Below are positions 37,597 to 50,805 of a stretch of DNA of 64,000 nucleotides, piece after piece. How positions within the stretch are numbered: position 1 is the stretch's first letter; every line of letters starts with the position of its first letter. The notes beneath the pieces were generated by a model. It was not told the origin of the DNA and made no database searches. It saw only the letters and a program-made list of their open reading frames with translations. The stretch comes from Octopus sinensis. Lineage: Eukaryota. The translations under genes and the position numbers were made by a program. Where the stretch lies: contig NC_043018.1 of NCBI RefSeq assembly GCF_006345805.1, positions 8,432,001 to 8,496,000 of the forward strand, given 5' to 3'.

Positions 37597-38446
37597 TTAA
37601 CCCAGTTAACTTATTTGAATAAAACATAAATAAAAGCATAATTGAAGTTGTTCCCACAGTGAGCTTCCTGTACTCTTTATATATCTAACAGTACACAGAA
37701 CCGTCTAAAGGCTCAGACGCACTAGGCAGCAACCCGGGAGTTCCACGAGTTGAAGGGGTCCAATTATGATCTATGTATAGATACTATAGGACCCAGGGGC
37801 CTTTACTGCTGCCAAGATAGCCTTGACACTACATAGTCCAATGTTTTCTTTAAAAACAAAAGGAAAAGAAAAAAGCAGGGTGTGATCTGAAAACGATTTA
37901 GGTCGAACTATTTACGTCGAATCATTCTGCGTGGTTCGAGAAATTATAGATTGGTGGCACAATCGTTAGAGTCGGAAACAAGAACCAATGCTTGCGGCAT
38001 TTAAGCGACGGTACTTTCCGTTCTAAGACCAAATGGTGGCAGTCAAGTATTGGGGTCGATATAATGTGCATGTAAGGAATCATAGATATGGATGGAATTA
38101 TAATGAATTATAATAAGAGACCATCATGAGTTCGGACTGTGTCAGTGGGAGAAACTCCTGATAAAGCGAATCTGCGGCCGAGGTTTCAATTCCCGGATTG
38201 AGCTATCTTCGCTTCATTTATGTTGCATACATTAATTACTCACAGATACGGGAGTATGGGAGTGAAATATGCATGGGGGTTCAAAACATTTTCATTTCCC
38301 CCGAAAATTTTAGCGGGTGCAAGCACACCCCACTGACCCTGCTGTTACCGAGTCTATGATACGTCTATGTATGCGAGTATGTATGTATGTATGTATGTAT
38401 GTATGCATGGACGGACGTATGGATGCTTGGATGTATGGAGTGGCTG

Positions 38447-38829
38447 TGTGGTAAGTAGCTTGCTTACCAACCACATGGTTCCGGATTCGGTCCCACTGCG
38501 TGGCACCTTGGGTAAGTGTCTTCTACTATACCTTCGGGCCGATCAAAGCCTTGAGTGGATTTGGTAGACAGAAACTGAAAGAAGCCCGTCGTATATATGT
38601 ATGTATATGTGTGTGTGTATATGTTTGTGTGTCTGTGTTTGTCCCCCACACAACATCGTTTGACAACCGATGCTGGTGTGCTTACGTCCCCGTAACTTAG
38701 CGATTCGGCAAAAGCGACCGATAGAATAAGTACTAGGCTTACGAAGAATAAGTCCTGGGGTCGATTTGCTCGACTAAAGTCGGTGCTCCAGCATGGCCAC
38801 AGTCACATGACTGAAACAAGTAAAAGAGT
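38447..38829 (+). mobile_element. SINE family A copy (full length)
   Basis: Head, TA/TG tract and body present. Confidence 0.9.
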
Positions 38830-39469
38830 ATGTATGTATATATGTCTGCATGTGTGTGTGTGTATACAAAATGGTAATTAGCCATTTATAGGCGTCCGGC
38901 TGTATGTTGCAAAAGCACTTGTTATACAACAGAACCACGCCGACCCTCATCGAACAGATACACGATCGATTATGTTCTAATACTTGATATAACGTACAAG
39001 CTTTGGGTCAGACTCGAACACGTAGATCAATAATCGAAATGAAACACTCGTGGCAAAGTGTATATATGTTGTGGTTTAGCTTCAGGTCAGACTTGATCAA
39101 ACATCGCCCAATTGATATCATCTTGTCCTTTAAAATTTGTCTTTAGGTTTGTATTATTCAATGTGGTTTTCGTGGTTTTCAAATGGTAAAGCGCAATTTG
39201 AAGGGTTCTCGGTGCCAGTTGATGCTGTTGTTTCTAACCAATTCGTCACACCAACGTGGAGGTATTTAATTATATCTGTATGCAGCAGAAAATGTAGTAA
39301 CCTAGTAAGACTACATGTGTTGTGACATACATCTGATGCACGGGCTTACTATATACATTTATACACGCATTTGTGTGTGTATACGTGTGTGTGTTCACAC
39401 ATACACTTACGAACATCGCAGCTACATAAATAAACCAATTAATATATATACATACATCACAACATGTGC

Positions 39470-39490
39470 GTGTGTGTGTGTGTGTGTGTG

Positions 39491-39562
<72 letters not shown>

Positions 39563-39700
39563 AAGATAGATAGAAAGATAGATAGAAAGATATATAGATA
39601 GAAAGATAGATAGATGTACATATTAATAGATAGATAGATAGATGTATATATAGATGTATAGATAGATAGATAGATAGATAGATAGATGTACATATTAGAG
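39470..39700. repeat. (TG)n-(GATA)n microsatellite
   Basis: Direct observation. Confidence 0.95.
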
Positions 39701-40489
39701 ATCGAGACGATATGCTACAAGGTATAATATATACAAGCGCCCACACAAACTGTGGGTGTACAGCATGTCATGGTGGTGCTCCTTCGAATTCGTGGGCACT
39801 TGAGGCCCCATTACTACACAAACATATATATATACATATGTATATATATACAGACATTATATACATGTGTGTGTGTATTCTAGGCAAATATTATTTCTAC
39901 ATGTGTCTATATAGCATACACATACAACGTCTGTAACGCTCTACATTTAGTCGACGGAATCTCAACATGGTCACAGAGTCTGTCAAAAACAACAACATTT
40001 CCCGCAAATCACATCCCTACTATTTTAAATAGGACTAGTCTGGCTACTATCGTCCTACATAGCCAAGAATGTAAGAAGATAGAATGTTTACGGCTAGAAT
40101 GTCATAGATCGTAAGATCACTCGTTCAGTGCCGACCTGGGGCTAAAAACATGTTCTTAATTCAGCTAACAAGAAAATCTCTATATGGGTGTTCGAACTGC
40201 TAAATAAAATAGCACACAAAATCACCTTATATTATTACATCTTACACTGTTAAGTATACTGTATCTGATAAAATAAGTAAATAAAAGGCGGCTGATTATA
40301 ACTGAGACGTTTCCGATCATAAGTCCACTGGTATCGCGGTTGGCCTAGAGTTAAACAACACCACGTTCTCTAGAACATACGTCTACATGATATATATCTG
40401 TATATCTGTGTTTGATAAACATCTGCTGGGTCTTGTGTTGTACATGCCGTGTATGTGAATGTATATAAATATAAACCTGTGTGTATACG

Positions 40490-40606
<117 letters not shown>

Positions 40607-41603
40607 TATACGTGATCAATGTCTATCTCTCTGTGTACCTCAATAATTACAAGTTTATATATATATAATATAGATCTCTGTATAAACATTATGTAACTAA
40701 TATAATCTTAATCAAAACACACACTAACAGATATATTATATATACACACATATTTGTGGAACTCATCTACGTGTGTGTGTATTTATATATATATATATAT
40801 ATTATACACACGTTCACATGATTTATGTTATATAACAAAAGTGCAGACCTACTTTAATAAGACTAAAAATGCAGACGGGACAAATCAACAAGACATATTT
40901 ATACGTGTAACAGTTGATCTTTTACATATGTAAGAGACCTTTAATAGGAATAATCTGTAACTTAAAACGAAAGGTCGCACATTTTAGGGAAGAAAATGTT
41001 ATGATCGGTGCTTGTTTTACCGATCTCGGTGGAATGAAAGGCAAAATTAACCCTAACAAGATTTCAATTAAATACCAGAATGTATTCTATATGAAATTCA
41101 ACGATTTCCACCCTAATAATTGGCAATATTAATAGCAATAATGTTTCATGACGCAAGAACAAGGCCTTACATTTTGGTAAGGAATTGATGCTGTGTATTT
41201 AATTAGCACCGCAGGTACTAATTGACAGGTACTCGTTTTATCAACCCCTCCCAGAGAGATGAAAGGTTACAGAAGCAGAGAGGATTTTAATAAATACGAG
41301 ATATATTCGTCCGACGTACAAGATTCCACACCCACCCATTAAATAGTAGCAATATTGTTGATACAATGATATCAATAAGTTATAGTAGTAATAATCAACA
41401 ATGATGATAATTTACCGCGGGAGCAAAGAGACAGAAAATAGTAGAAGGGCTTTACACAGAACCGGGGGATGGGATGCAAGGAAAAAACGGACGTTTTTAG
41501 TAATAATAATTAAAAGAAGAATTAAGTCAATCAATCAAATCAAGTTAAAAGATCTATAATTGTAAGTAATTGAAAGAAGAATAAAGAAATTTTCAATATT
41601 TAC

Positions 41604-41642
41604 CTTCTCATAACGAGCTATTTGTTCCGGAGTTGAAGGCAT
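41604..41642 (-). CDS. Candidate first coding exon (MPSTPEQIARYEK)
   Basis: Minus strand aaaaATG at 41642-41640, 13 open codons, donor AAG|GTAAAT at 41603; preceded by about 350 bp of unique CpG-containing sequence with a TCAGT Inr-like motif near 41942-41946. Confidence 0.45.
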
Positions 41643-42491
41643 TTTTGCTTGTTACTGATGTTTTTCGTAATATTCTTATATATATATATAAAGTGGTTCG
41701 ATTGTTTTTTGTTTTCTTTTATCAACTGAAGTCCAAAAACCACAAGACTTGAAGGTTTGTGTCTAGCTGGGTCAGTAGTAAAGAAAAGAATAGGGAAAAG
41801 AAAAAAAGTGAGAATCAAACGAGGAGGACACAACGAACGAAACGACCAGGACAAGACGACAGTTCCTGCACACGAGCTAAAAGAACAGGGGTAAACAGAC
41901 GGGTGGGTTTAGCGCTAATATATACCCTATTTTCAACGAGGACTGACAAATCGCTGAGCAGTTAGCACACGAATCAAGGCCGCAACCGCCGCTCTTTTCC
42001 TTCTCTCTCTTAGCTCTTGCTTTTCACCCCCCACTATTTTCTAGTAATATTTGGCTCCAGTTAGTATAAACTGATGAGATACAAATTGTAGAACAGCTCC
42101 GGTTGGTTGCTCTGTTGCAAGTGTGGGTTTTCGATTTATGAAGTTTCGTGTTTTGTTTGTTATTTATTCTGTTCGTTTTTAAAGAGGCGCAGTATTTGTT
42201 ACGATGACGATGATGATAACGATGATGTTAGTCTATAGAGAGAGAGATACTGGCGATAGTAGTAGTAGTAGTAGTACTTGCAATGATAACGGTACTGTGA
42301 GAGATGTCTTTTACTCTTGCATATCTCCCTCTCTCTTTCTCCCTTCCTCTCTTTATCACTCTCTCGGTCACTGCCACACCTCGTTCACTCTCCTTGGCCA
42401 CTCTCTCATGCACTTTATATCACTTTCCCTCTGTCGCTCACTCACACACTCTCATTTGCAACATACTACGTTCTATCTTTTACATTTCTAT

Positions 42492-42522
<31 letters not shown>

Positions 42523-42558
42523 CTCTCTCTCTCTCTTTCAATACATGCATACATACTA

Positions 42559-42932
42559 TTTTACTTGTTTCAGTCATTTGACTGCGGCCATGCTGGAGCA
42601 CCGCCTTTAGTCGAGCAAATCGACCCCAGGACTTATTCTTTGTAAGCCTAGTACTTATTCTATCGGTCTCTTTTGCCGAACCGCTAAGTTACGGGGACGT
42701 AAACACACCAGCATCGGTTGTCGAGCAATGTTGGGGGGACAAACACAAACACACACACACACATATATATACATATATACGACGGGCTTCTTTCAGTTTC
42801 CGTCTACCAAATCCACTCACAAGGCTTTGGTCAGCCCGAGGCTATAGCAGGAGACACTTGCCCAAGGTTCCACGCAGTGGGACTGAACCCGGAACCATGT
42901 GGTTCGTAAGCAAGCTACTTACCACACAGCCA
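42559..42932 (-). mobile_element. SINE family A copy (full length)
   Basis: Consensus-like; lies head-to-head with a degenerate + copy at about 42980-43310. Confidence 0.9.
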
Positions 42933-42953
42933 ATCTATAAATTAATATATAAT

Positions 42954-43001
<48 letters not shown>

Positions 43002-43307
43002 TTGGCTCTATGGTAAGAAGTTTGCTTCTCAATCATATGGTCCTGAGTTCAATTCCACTGTGTAGCACTTTGCACAAGGGTCTTCTACTATAGCCTCAGG
43101 CTGGCCAAAGCCTTGTGAGTGGATTTGGTAGACAGAAACTGAAAGAAGCCTGTTGTATATGTGTGTGTTTGAGTCGGTGTTTTTCCCCCACCACTGCTTG
43201 ACAACTAGTGTTGGAGTATTGGCATACCTGTAAATTAGCAGTTCAGCAAAAGAGGCCGATAAAATAAGTACCAGGTTTTAAAAAGCAATAATAGATGTTG
43301 GGGGTCA

Positions 43308-43720
43308 AGGCAGTGAGCTGGCAGAAACGTTAGCACGCCGGGCGAAATGCGTAGCCATATTTCGTCTGCCGTTACACTCAGTTCAAATTCCACCGAGGTC
43401 GACTTTGCCTTTCATCCTTTCGGGGTCAATTAAATAAGTACCAGTTACGCACTGGGGTCGATATAATCGACTTAATCCGTTTGCCTGTCCTTGTTTGTCC
43501 TCTCTGTGTTTGGCCCCTTGTGGGTAGTAAAGAAATAGGTATTTCGTCTGCCATTACGTTCTGAGTTCAAATTCTGTCGAGGTCAACTTTGCCTTTCATC
43601 CTTTTGGGGTCGATTAAATAAGTACCAGTTACGCACTGGGGTCGATATAATTGACTTAATCCATTTGTCTGTCCTTGTTTGTCCTCTCTGTGTTTGGCCC
43701 CTTGTGGGTAGTAAAGAAAC
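43308..43720 (+). mobile_element. SINE family B dimer
   Basis: One head plus two units; junction aaagaaata|ggtatttcgtc at about 43537. Confidence 0.88.
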
Positions 43721-44314
43721 AGGTGTTGGGGGGTCAATTCATCTGACTAAAATTCTTCAATGTAGTGCCCCAGCATGACCACAATCTAATAACTGAAACA
43801 AAAAAAAAAGATAGATAGATAGATAGAGTGATAGATAGACAGACAGACAGACTAGATAAGGAGACCTAGACCAATCATTTACATTTTTCCTGCTACTCTG
43901 CTTTCACTATCATATTTCAACCTTCACTATCATGATCATCATCATCATCATCTGTCTACCACGAAAGATTAGAATAAATGTCACCACAGCCAAGGGGAAG
44001 AAAGGTGGAATGAAGATGCAAAGGTAAGCTATTTTGCAGAAGAACTTGATAATATTAAATTGCTGAAAGATGAAACAACTTTCTGGATTGAACCGCTGGT
44101 CTATTGCTTTTTTATTGCTGGTCTATTACAGGCAAACAGGTGTTGTTTGTCAGACAATACTGACATTCTGCACCAGAATATTTTTGTGGTCATTCAACCT
44201 GCTAGGAATAGCAGCCAAATTTCCATTAAATCATAACCTGCCATTTTAAACCTTTGTAGTGTGTGATTAAATTTCATGGTCATTCTCATAATATTAACTA
44301 TCCACCAAAAATTA

Positions 44315-44880
44315 TTAGGTCATCTGGAAAGTTCGTGCTGATTTATAGTAGCTTACCTTTCGACTTATTTTAGAACATGGTTGAGTCCATAAAATAGGAT
44401 TTGACTACACCTCCATTTAGAGCACAGTTTAAGCTATCTTTTCGTGGAAGAAGATTTATGTTCCTATAACCTGTGTTAATTCTGTAACCCTTTAAAATAG
44501 ATGATAAGAAAGTTCATTTTCGGCACTTGATGCTTCAGGAAGCAGACAAAAATTGCTGCAGCTCGGCTGGGATGTGTTACCCGACCCTCCATATTCACCA
44601 GATATTGCTCCTTCGGATTTCTACTTATTCAGGTCTCTGCAGAATAGTCTTAATGGTAAAAATTTCAGCTCCTTGGATGACATAAAAAGATACCTTGATG
44701 AATTCTTTGCCATGAAACCACCTCAATTCTGGGAAGAGGGTATTTTCAAGTTAAAGGAAAGATGGAGATGCATTGTGCAACAAAATGGTTCATATTTGGT
44801 TGATTGAAAATGTAATGGCAAGTATTTATCGACCTTTTTCTTTCCTTTAAAAATCGGCACGAACTTTCCAGACAACCCAA
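44315..44880 (+). mobile_element. Internally deleted mariner (DD34D) transposon
   Basis: TA TSD; TIRs ttaggtcatctggaaagttcgtgctgattt / aaatcggcacgaactttccagacaacccaa; N-terminal DKKVHFRHLML fused to C-terminal LGWDVLPDPPYSPDIAPSDFYLFRSLQNSL (YSPDLAPSD motif). Confidence 0.95.
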
Positions 44881-45624
44881 TAGAATTGATATTTTCTGCT
44901 TCTGCAATTCAATATTTCGGTATTTCCTGCAGGAAATACAGTTTTCAAAATCCATTGCTAAAAGTATTTGATTCTTGCTCTGCAAAGAGATATTTGATGA
45001 AATATGTGGAAAAAAAAAAAACTAAGAAAATCTGAAAAATTGTCTTTTTTGTAAAAATTGTCCCTGGGGATGTCTCCAATTCTTGCAACATAAAATGAGC
45101 TATGAATCAAAGATGTGGGTTGATAACCACTTTCTGTATCTAATGTTAATGAAATTTTGAGCAGATATATCTACTTTCCAAATTGAAAGAATTAAAAAGA
45201 GAAAATACCGAGGATAATGTAAATGGTGGATAATGCTTGAATAAATCTGATTATAGATCTGGCAGATCAAGAGTCGTCTGGGATTAAATACTGTGGCTTA
45301 ACCACAGCATGTGACACCCAGGGCAGCTCTTCAGATTGACCCCTGCCCATATACAACAGCTCAAAAGTGCTGTCTTCATCAAAGCATCACCTGGAGCAGA
45401 GCACCCTTATCACTGCACTACTGCTTAAACCTATGGTTCTCAACAGGGGTCCATATGACCTGTTGGGGTTCACATAAGATTTTGGAGGTCCACGCAAGGA
45501 AAATAATAAGTTGGAAATCTGCAATAGCATTCTAAGGGTCCATGAAAAAATTTTGCTTTTGATGTATTTACTGCAGTTTCCACCAACATCAAAATCAATG
45601 GAAACTGCAGTTGTGATCCCTGAG

Positions 45625-46011
45625 ACGGTGGCACGTAAAAGCACCATCTGAACGTGGCCGATGCCAGTGCCGCCTAGACTGGCTTTCGTGCCGGTGGCAT
45701 GTAAAAAGCACCATCCGAATCGTGGCCGATGCCAGCGCCGCTTTAACTGGTTTCTGTGCCAGTGGCACATAAAATGCACCAATCCAATCGTGGCCATTGC
45801 CAGCCTCGCCTTGCACCTGTGCAGGTGGCACGTAAAAAGCACCCACTACACTCACGGAGTGGTTGGCGGTAGGAAGGGCATCCAGCTGTAGAAACACTGC
45901 CAGATCAGACTGGGCCTGGTGCAGCCTTCTGGCTTCCCAGACCCCAGTCGAACCGTCCAACCCATGCTAGCATGGAGAACGGATGTTAAACGATGATGAT
46001 GATGATGATGA
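45625..46011 (+). mobile_element. RTE LINE 3' UTR fragment with four tandem modules and (GAT)n tail
   Basis: Same UTR follows the RTE ORF stop at 3383-4200, 56630-56955 and 59765-60235; other fragments at about 1085-1330, 5365-5550, 50135-50365 and 51037-51280. Confidence 0.85.
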
Positions 46012-48149
46012 TTGCAAGAAACGACTAGATTTCTTTCTTTAACACTTAACATAGTTCAACATGTTTCCTTCTCCTGCCTGCACTTCCCTCAGGCTGGGTG
46101 GTCATGTATTTCTTTGCAGTAACACACCTGTTTCTGTCTTCATTCCTGATCTCTTCCTCCGGCTGGGTAAGCTTGAACTTCTTCTACAGCAAGATATTTG
46201 TATCTGTCTCACAATAATCTTCCCTCATCCAGCACAAGATCACCTCCTCCAATGCCCCTCCTCTCTTGAAATTTAAAAAAAATTTTTTGTCTTACAAGTA
46301 CATGGTTACCCTGTCAGTGCAGGTGCCACTTAAAAGCACCCAGTCCACACTGGGTGCTTTTAAAGTGGTTGGTGTTCAGAAGGGCAACCAGCAGTAAAAT
46401 CCTTGCCAAAACCGACCTCACTTGTGCTTGTGCCACGTAAGAAGCACTAAGTCCACTCTGCTGAATGGTTGGTGTTAGGAAGGGCATCCAGCTGTAAAAA
46501 TCCTACCAAAACAGTCACAGAAGTCTGGTGCAGGCTTCTGCCTGGCCAGCTCTTGTGAAACCGTCCCACCCATACTAGCATGGAAAGCAGACATTAAATG
46601 ATGATGATGATGATTATGATGATGGTGATGGTGATGGTGATGATGATGATGATGAAACATGTTCTCCCAGAGAGTCCTATTGCAAACCTAGACAAGTGAA
46701 TGTGTGAAAGACAAAACTTTGAAAGTATTTATAAAACTAGTTTTTAAACATTGAAAGGCTGTGGTGGTCCAGTGGAGGTGCATGGTTAGGGTGTTGGACT
46801 CCTGATCATAAGATAGCAGTTTCAATTCCTGGACCGGGCAACGCGTTGTGTTCTTGAGCAAGACACTTCATTTCATGTTGCTCCAGTCCACCCAGCTGGC
46901 AAAAGTGTATAATCCTGTGATGGACCGGTGTCCTGTCCAGGTGGGGAATTTATACGCCACGAAACTGGGAAACTGGCCCTTCTGAGTTGGCAGAAAGTAA
47001 TGTTGAACTTCTGCTGACTCTTTCGCTACAACTTTCTCTCACTCTTTCCTCCTGCATCTAGCAGCTCACCTGCAACAGACCAGCATCCTGTCCAGGTGGG
47101 GAACCTATACGCCAAGGAAACTGGGAAACTGGCCCTATGAGCTAGGCCTGGCTTGAGAAGGAACAAACATACCTATAATAGGATTATCAATGCTATCTCT
47201 CAAAGGCAGAAGGCTGGCAGAATCATTAGGGCATTAAGCAAAATGCTTTGTAGCATTTCTTCTGATGCTTTGTCTTTTGAGCTTAAATTCCACCTGTAAT
47301 GACTTTGCATTTGGGGTCCATAACATAAGTAACAGGTGAGTACCGAAGTTGATGTAATCAGCTAAACATCTCCCCTCAAAATTACTAGCTTTGCATCAAA
47401 ATTAGTAAAAAAATATTTTTGCTATCTCTATTACTAATACAGCTGAGGCTAACGTTGCCCTCTGTCCTTCTGATGCGGGTGGGGGGCATGAAATAAAGTT
47501 TTAGTAAATTACTGGGTCTACATAATCATCTAAGCCCTATTCTGTAGTTGTAACCTAGAGCCTTTATTAAAAATTATTATCCTAATAGTATCAGGCAAAA
47601 TGTTCTACAGTATTCAGATACAGCCCTTTGTGGTCTGATTTCAATTTCGTCCTTCACCCTTTTAGGATCGTTAAAATAAAATACCTGTCATGTACTGGGG
47701 TCAGTTTCATTGACTGTATACTACTTCAGGTATTTCAAACCTTGTGCTAGAATTAGAAATAATGATAATAATTATTATTATCTCTATGTGGAATAATTAG
47801 CAGGTGGTGAACTGATAGAATTGTTGTGCATTGGAAAAAATATCTTAAAGAACTTTACATTCATAGTTCAAATGCTGCCAAGCTCTGCTTTGCATTTTAC
47901 CTTTCTGGAGTTCATAAAATGAAGTAACAACCCAACAAATGCTGGTTTCGAATTTTGCCACAAGGCCAACAAGTATTCAACTGGTGCTTACTTCATTGAC
48001 CCCTAAAGGATGAAAGGCAAAGTTGATCTCAGCAGAATTTGAACTCAGAATGTAAAAATGGAAGAAATGCCGCTAAGCATTTCACCCAGTGAACCAGATG
48101 ATTCTGCCAACTCACTGACACAGCCCAACAAATATATATCTTGTATAGG

Positions 48150-48915
48150 ATGTAAAGAAATGACTGAGGCTGGAATGGGATTTTTCCAAAAGGTCTCCAG
48201 AATACATAGTGCATAGCTCAGAGATGAAGGGGTCTCTCCAGGCTGGGCTGCTACTTCTGGATATTGAGAGATCACAGCTCTGGTACTACAGACATGTGAT
48301 TAGAAAGTCTCAGAAAAAAAACTGCAGCGGTGTCATATGAAATTGTCACCCATAATTATGACCCTAGTATCAATCTATTGCATTTCAATCTGTTTTAGGG
48401 TTAGGGTTAGGGGTGGGGGAAGGGTATAATTTTTTTCTTCACAAATGTAAATAAACCCAATCTGTTTCTTAAACGAGGGACATATTCATACGGCACAGAA
48501 TGCTTTCACCTCAATAGACATCATTGATTGGTTCAAATTGCCGAAATGCAAGAAATTAAAGACGAAATATGTTACAAACTACAGAATTTTCTCAATAAAG
48601 CCAAGAGAAAATGATGTTTTATAAACACATTCTACCAGTATACGAAGTTTAAAATTTTTTAGTTACCTAGAAATTATGTTAAAAACTGCCATTCAAACCG
48701 AAAAGATCCATTCTTTAAGCTGAGCCCACTGACAAGAGACCCAGGGGTAGACCAAGTATGAGATGGTTAGAAAATACCCATCGTCTCAGTTGGTCATCCA
48801 ACCAGAAAGTGTAATGATGGATGCCTCTGATAGGATCCTACGGAGGAGGTGCCTGATAACTCTACCCCAAGAATCCTTCCAGGAATAGTGGGCAGAGAAA
48901 ATGGATGGATGGATT
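48150..48915 (+). mobile_element. REX3/Expander-like RTE 3' fragment interrupted by a family M MITE (about 48323-48710)
   Basis: LLLLDIERSQLWYYRHVIR | KRPRGRPSMRW, and the terminal gaaaatggatggatgga tail. Confidence 0.7.
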
Positions 48916-49487
48916 ATTAAAGATATATTTATATATTTATAGAGGACATTAAACTGCTGTTTATGAAACTGCTGAAGGCATCTTGCTTTCTGATCTCAAA
49001 TCCTGGCAGCATTCTGTATTATTATCAAATCTTGGCTTAAAAAAGTGATGGTCTTTGGTAGAATCTTTGGAGCATCAGATAAAATGCAATGTGGTATTTA
49101 TTCCAATTCTTTATGTTTTAAGTTTATATTATTGGCACCAAAGCAGAGTTTGAATTTGAGATATAAAGAACCAAAAACCAGATATGGCAAGATGAGTAGT
49201 CTTGCCATATCTGTTAATTTTGCTTAATGCCCTAACGATTCTGCCAGCCTTCTTCCTTTGAGAGATAGCATTAATAATCCTATTATAGGTATATGGCCTG
49301 AAATTTTGTGGGGAGGTGGGGGGGGGGCTGGTTGATGGCATAATCTTTAACAATTCTATATTAAGATCTTTTATCTTTTACTTGTTTCAGTCTTTGACTG
49401 TGACCATGCTGGAGCACACCTTGAAGGGTTTTTAGTCAAACAAATCGACCCCCAAGGCTTATTTTTTCAAAGCTTAGTGCTTAGTCT

Positions 49488-49665
49488 CTGCCCAGGCCTT
49501 GTAGCTCAACAGGAAGAGGACTGGAGAGGACATTCCAGTGGTATCGAAGATTGACTGCCACTCGATGATTGGTCTGCACAGCCACACCATTAAGTGCAGA
49601 TAAACCCACCACCTTTTCTGAGCTACACCAACGTCTCTCGAGATGGATGGATGCCACCGCTGCCG
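49488..49665 (+). mobile_element. 5'-truncated RTE-BovB-like insertion inside a SINE A body, 12-bp TSD
   Basis: DCHSMIGLHSHTIKCR* zinc-finger end plus cgtctctcgagatggatggatgcc UTR; TSD agtgcttagtct at 49476-49487 and 49666-49677. Confidence 0.8.
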
Positions 49666-50805
49666 AGTGCTTAGTCTATCAGTCTCTTTTGCTGAACCGC
49701 TAAGTTATGGGGACATAAACACATGAGGAATTTTACATTATGTATTTGTCCAACTAATACAAACTATAAAACTTCTCATCTCAGAAATATAGAATTGTAT
49801 TATCCAATCAATATGGAGCCAACATAAAACATCAATGAAGGTTTATAAACCTTAAAAATTCATCCTGACACTACGGGCACAGAGTAGTGGATAAAGGCTC
49901 TGGTTAATGCAGTGCAGTCACCTACGGACTCTGAGTTCAATACCAGGCAAAGCACTAAGGTGAATCACAACACACCTGAAGAAGGCTGGAGAGTACAACA
50001 GCCAAAATGTAGTGAAAAAGGCAACAATCAAGATGAGGACACCAATCCGACTGGTACATAATGCTTAAAACATTATGGCAATCCGCTATCCCAGACTGGT
50101 TCCTTATTTATCAACTCCTAAAAAGATTCAAGCGAGGTCGTTGCCAGTACTGCCTGACTGGCCCCCAGTGCTGGTGGCACATAAAAAGCACCCACTACAC
50201 TCTCGGAGTGGTTGGCTTTAGGAAGGGCATCCAGCTGTAGAAACTCTGCCAGATCAAGATTGAAGCCTGGTGCAGCCATCTGGTTCACCAGCCCTCAGTC
50301 AAAATTGTCCAACCCATGCTAGCATGGAAAGCGGATGTTAAACAGATGATGATGATGATGATGATGGAGTTGGATTTGGTAGAATTTGTAAGAGAGTTGG
50401 CATGACTGTTGTGGTTAAGAAGTTTGCTTCCCGACCATATGGTTTCAGGTTCAGTCCCACTGCATGGCACTTTGAGAAAGCGTCTTCAGTGATAGTCCTG
50501 GTGTGTGTGTGTTTTACTATCTCCTGGCCTTGATATCACATGATAGTTGTCAGTGAGTGTCATTATCATACAAGCAGTGTTATTTATTTCCAATATCCCA
50601 TGAAAACATGTCTGGTCATGGAAAAAAATATTGCTTTACCTAGAAACGAATAAGGGTTAGCAACAGGAAGTGCATCCAACTGTAGAAAATCCACCTCAAC
50701 AAATTCTTCCAAGTATGGAAAAGTGGATGCTAAAATGATGATTAGGAATTGTGTAGCTTGGACTATACTATTCATTTTGTCCTTCCTTTGTTAAGACAGA
50801 TACTC

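Noticed and set aside
42071-42100. ctgatga hammerhead core
   Set aside because: Followed by GAAC rather than GAAA, with no stem I or stem III pairing.
43960-44023. Plus-strand exon ending at the AAG|GTAAGC donor
   Set aside because: Good donor but no credible acceptor or start, and no recognisable peptide.
45819-45890. Twister ribozyme upstream of ggaagggcatcc
   Set aside because: P1/P2/P4 and the UAA cleavage motif could not be fitted, gagtg is explained by a local cactc/gagtg hairpin, and the segment is a LINE 3' UTR rather than a 5' end.
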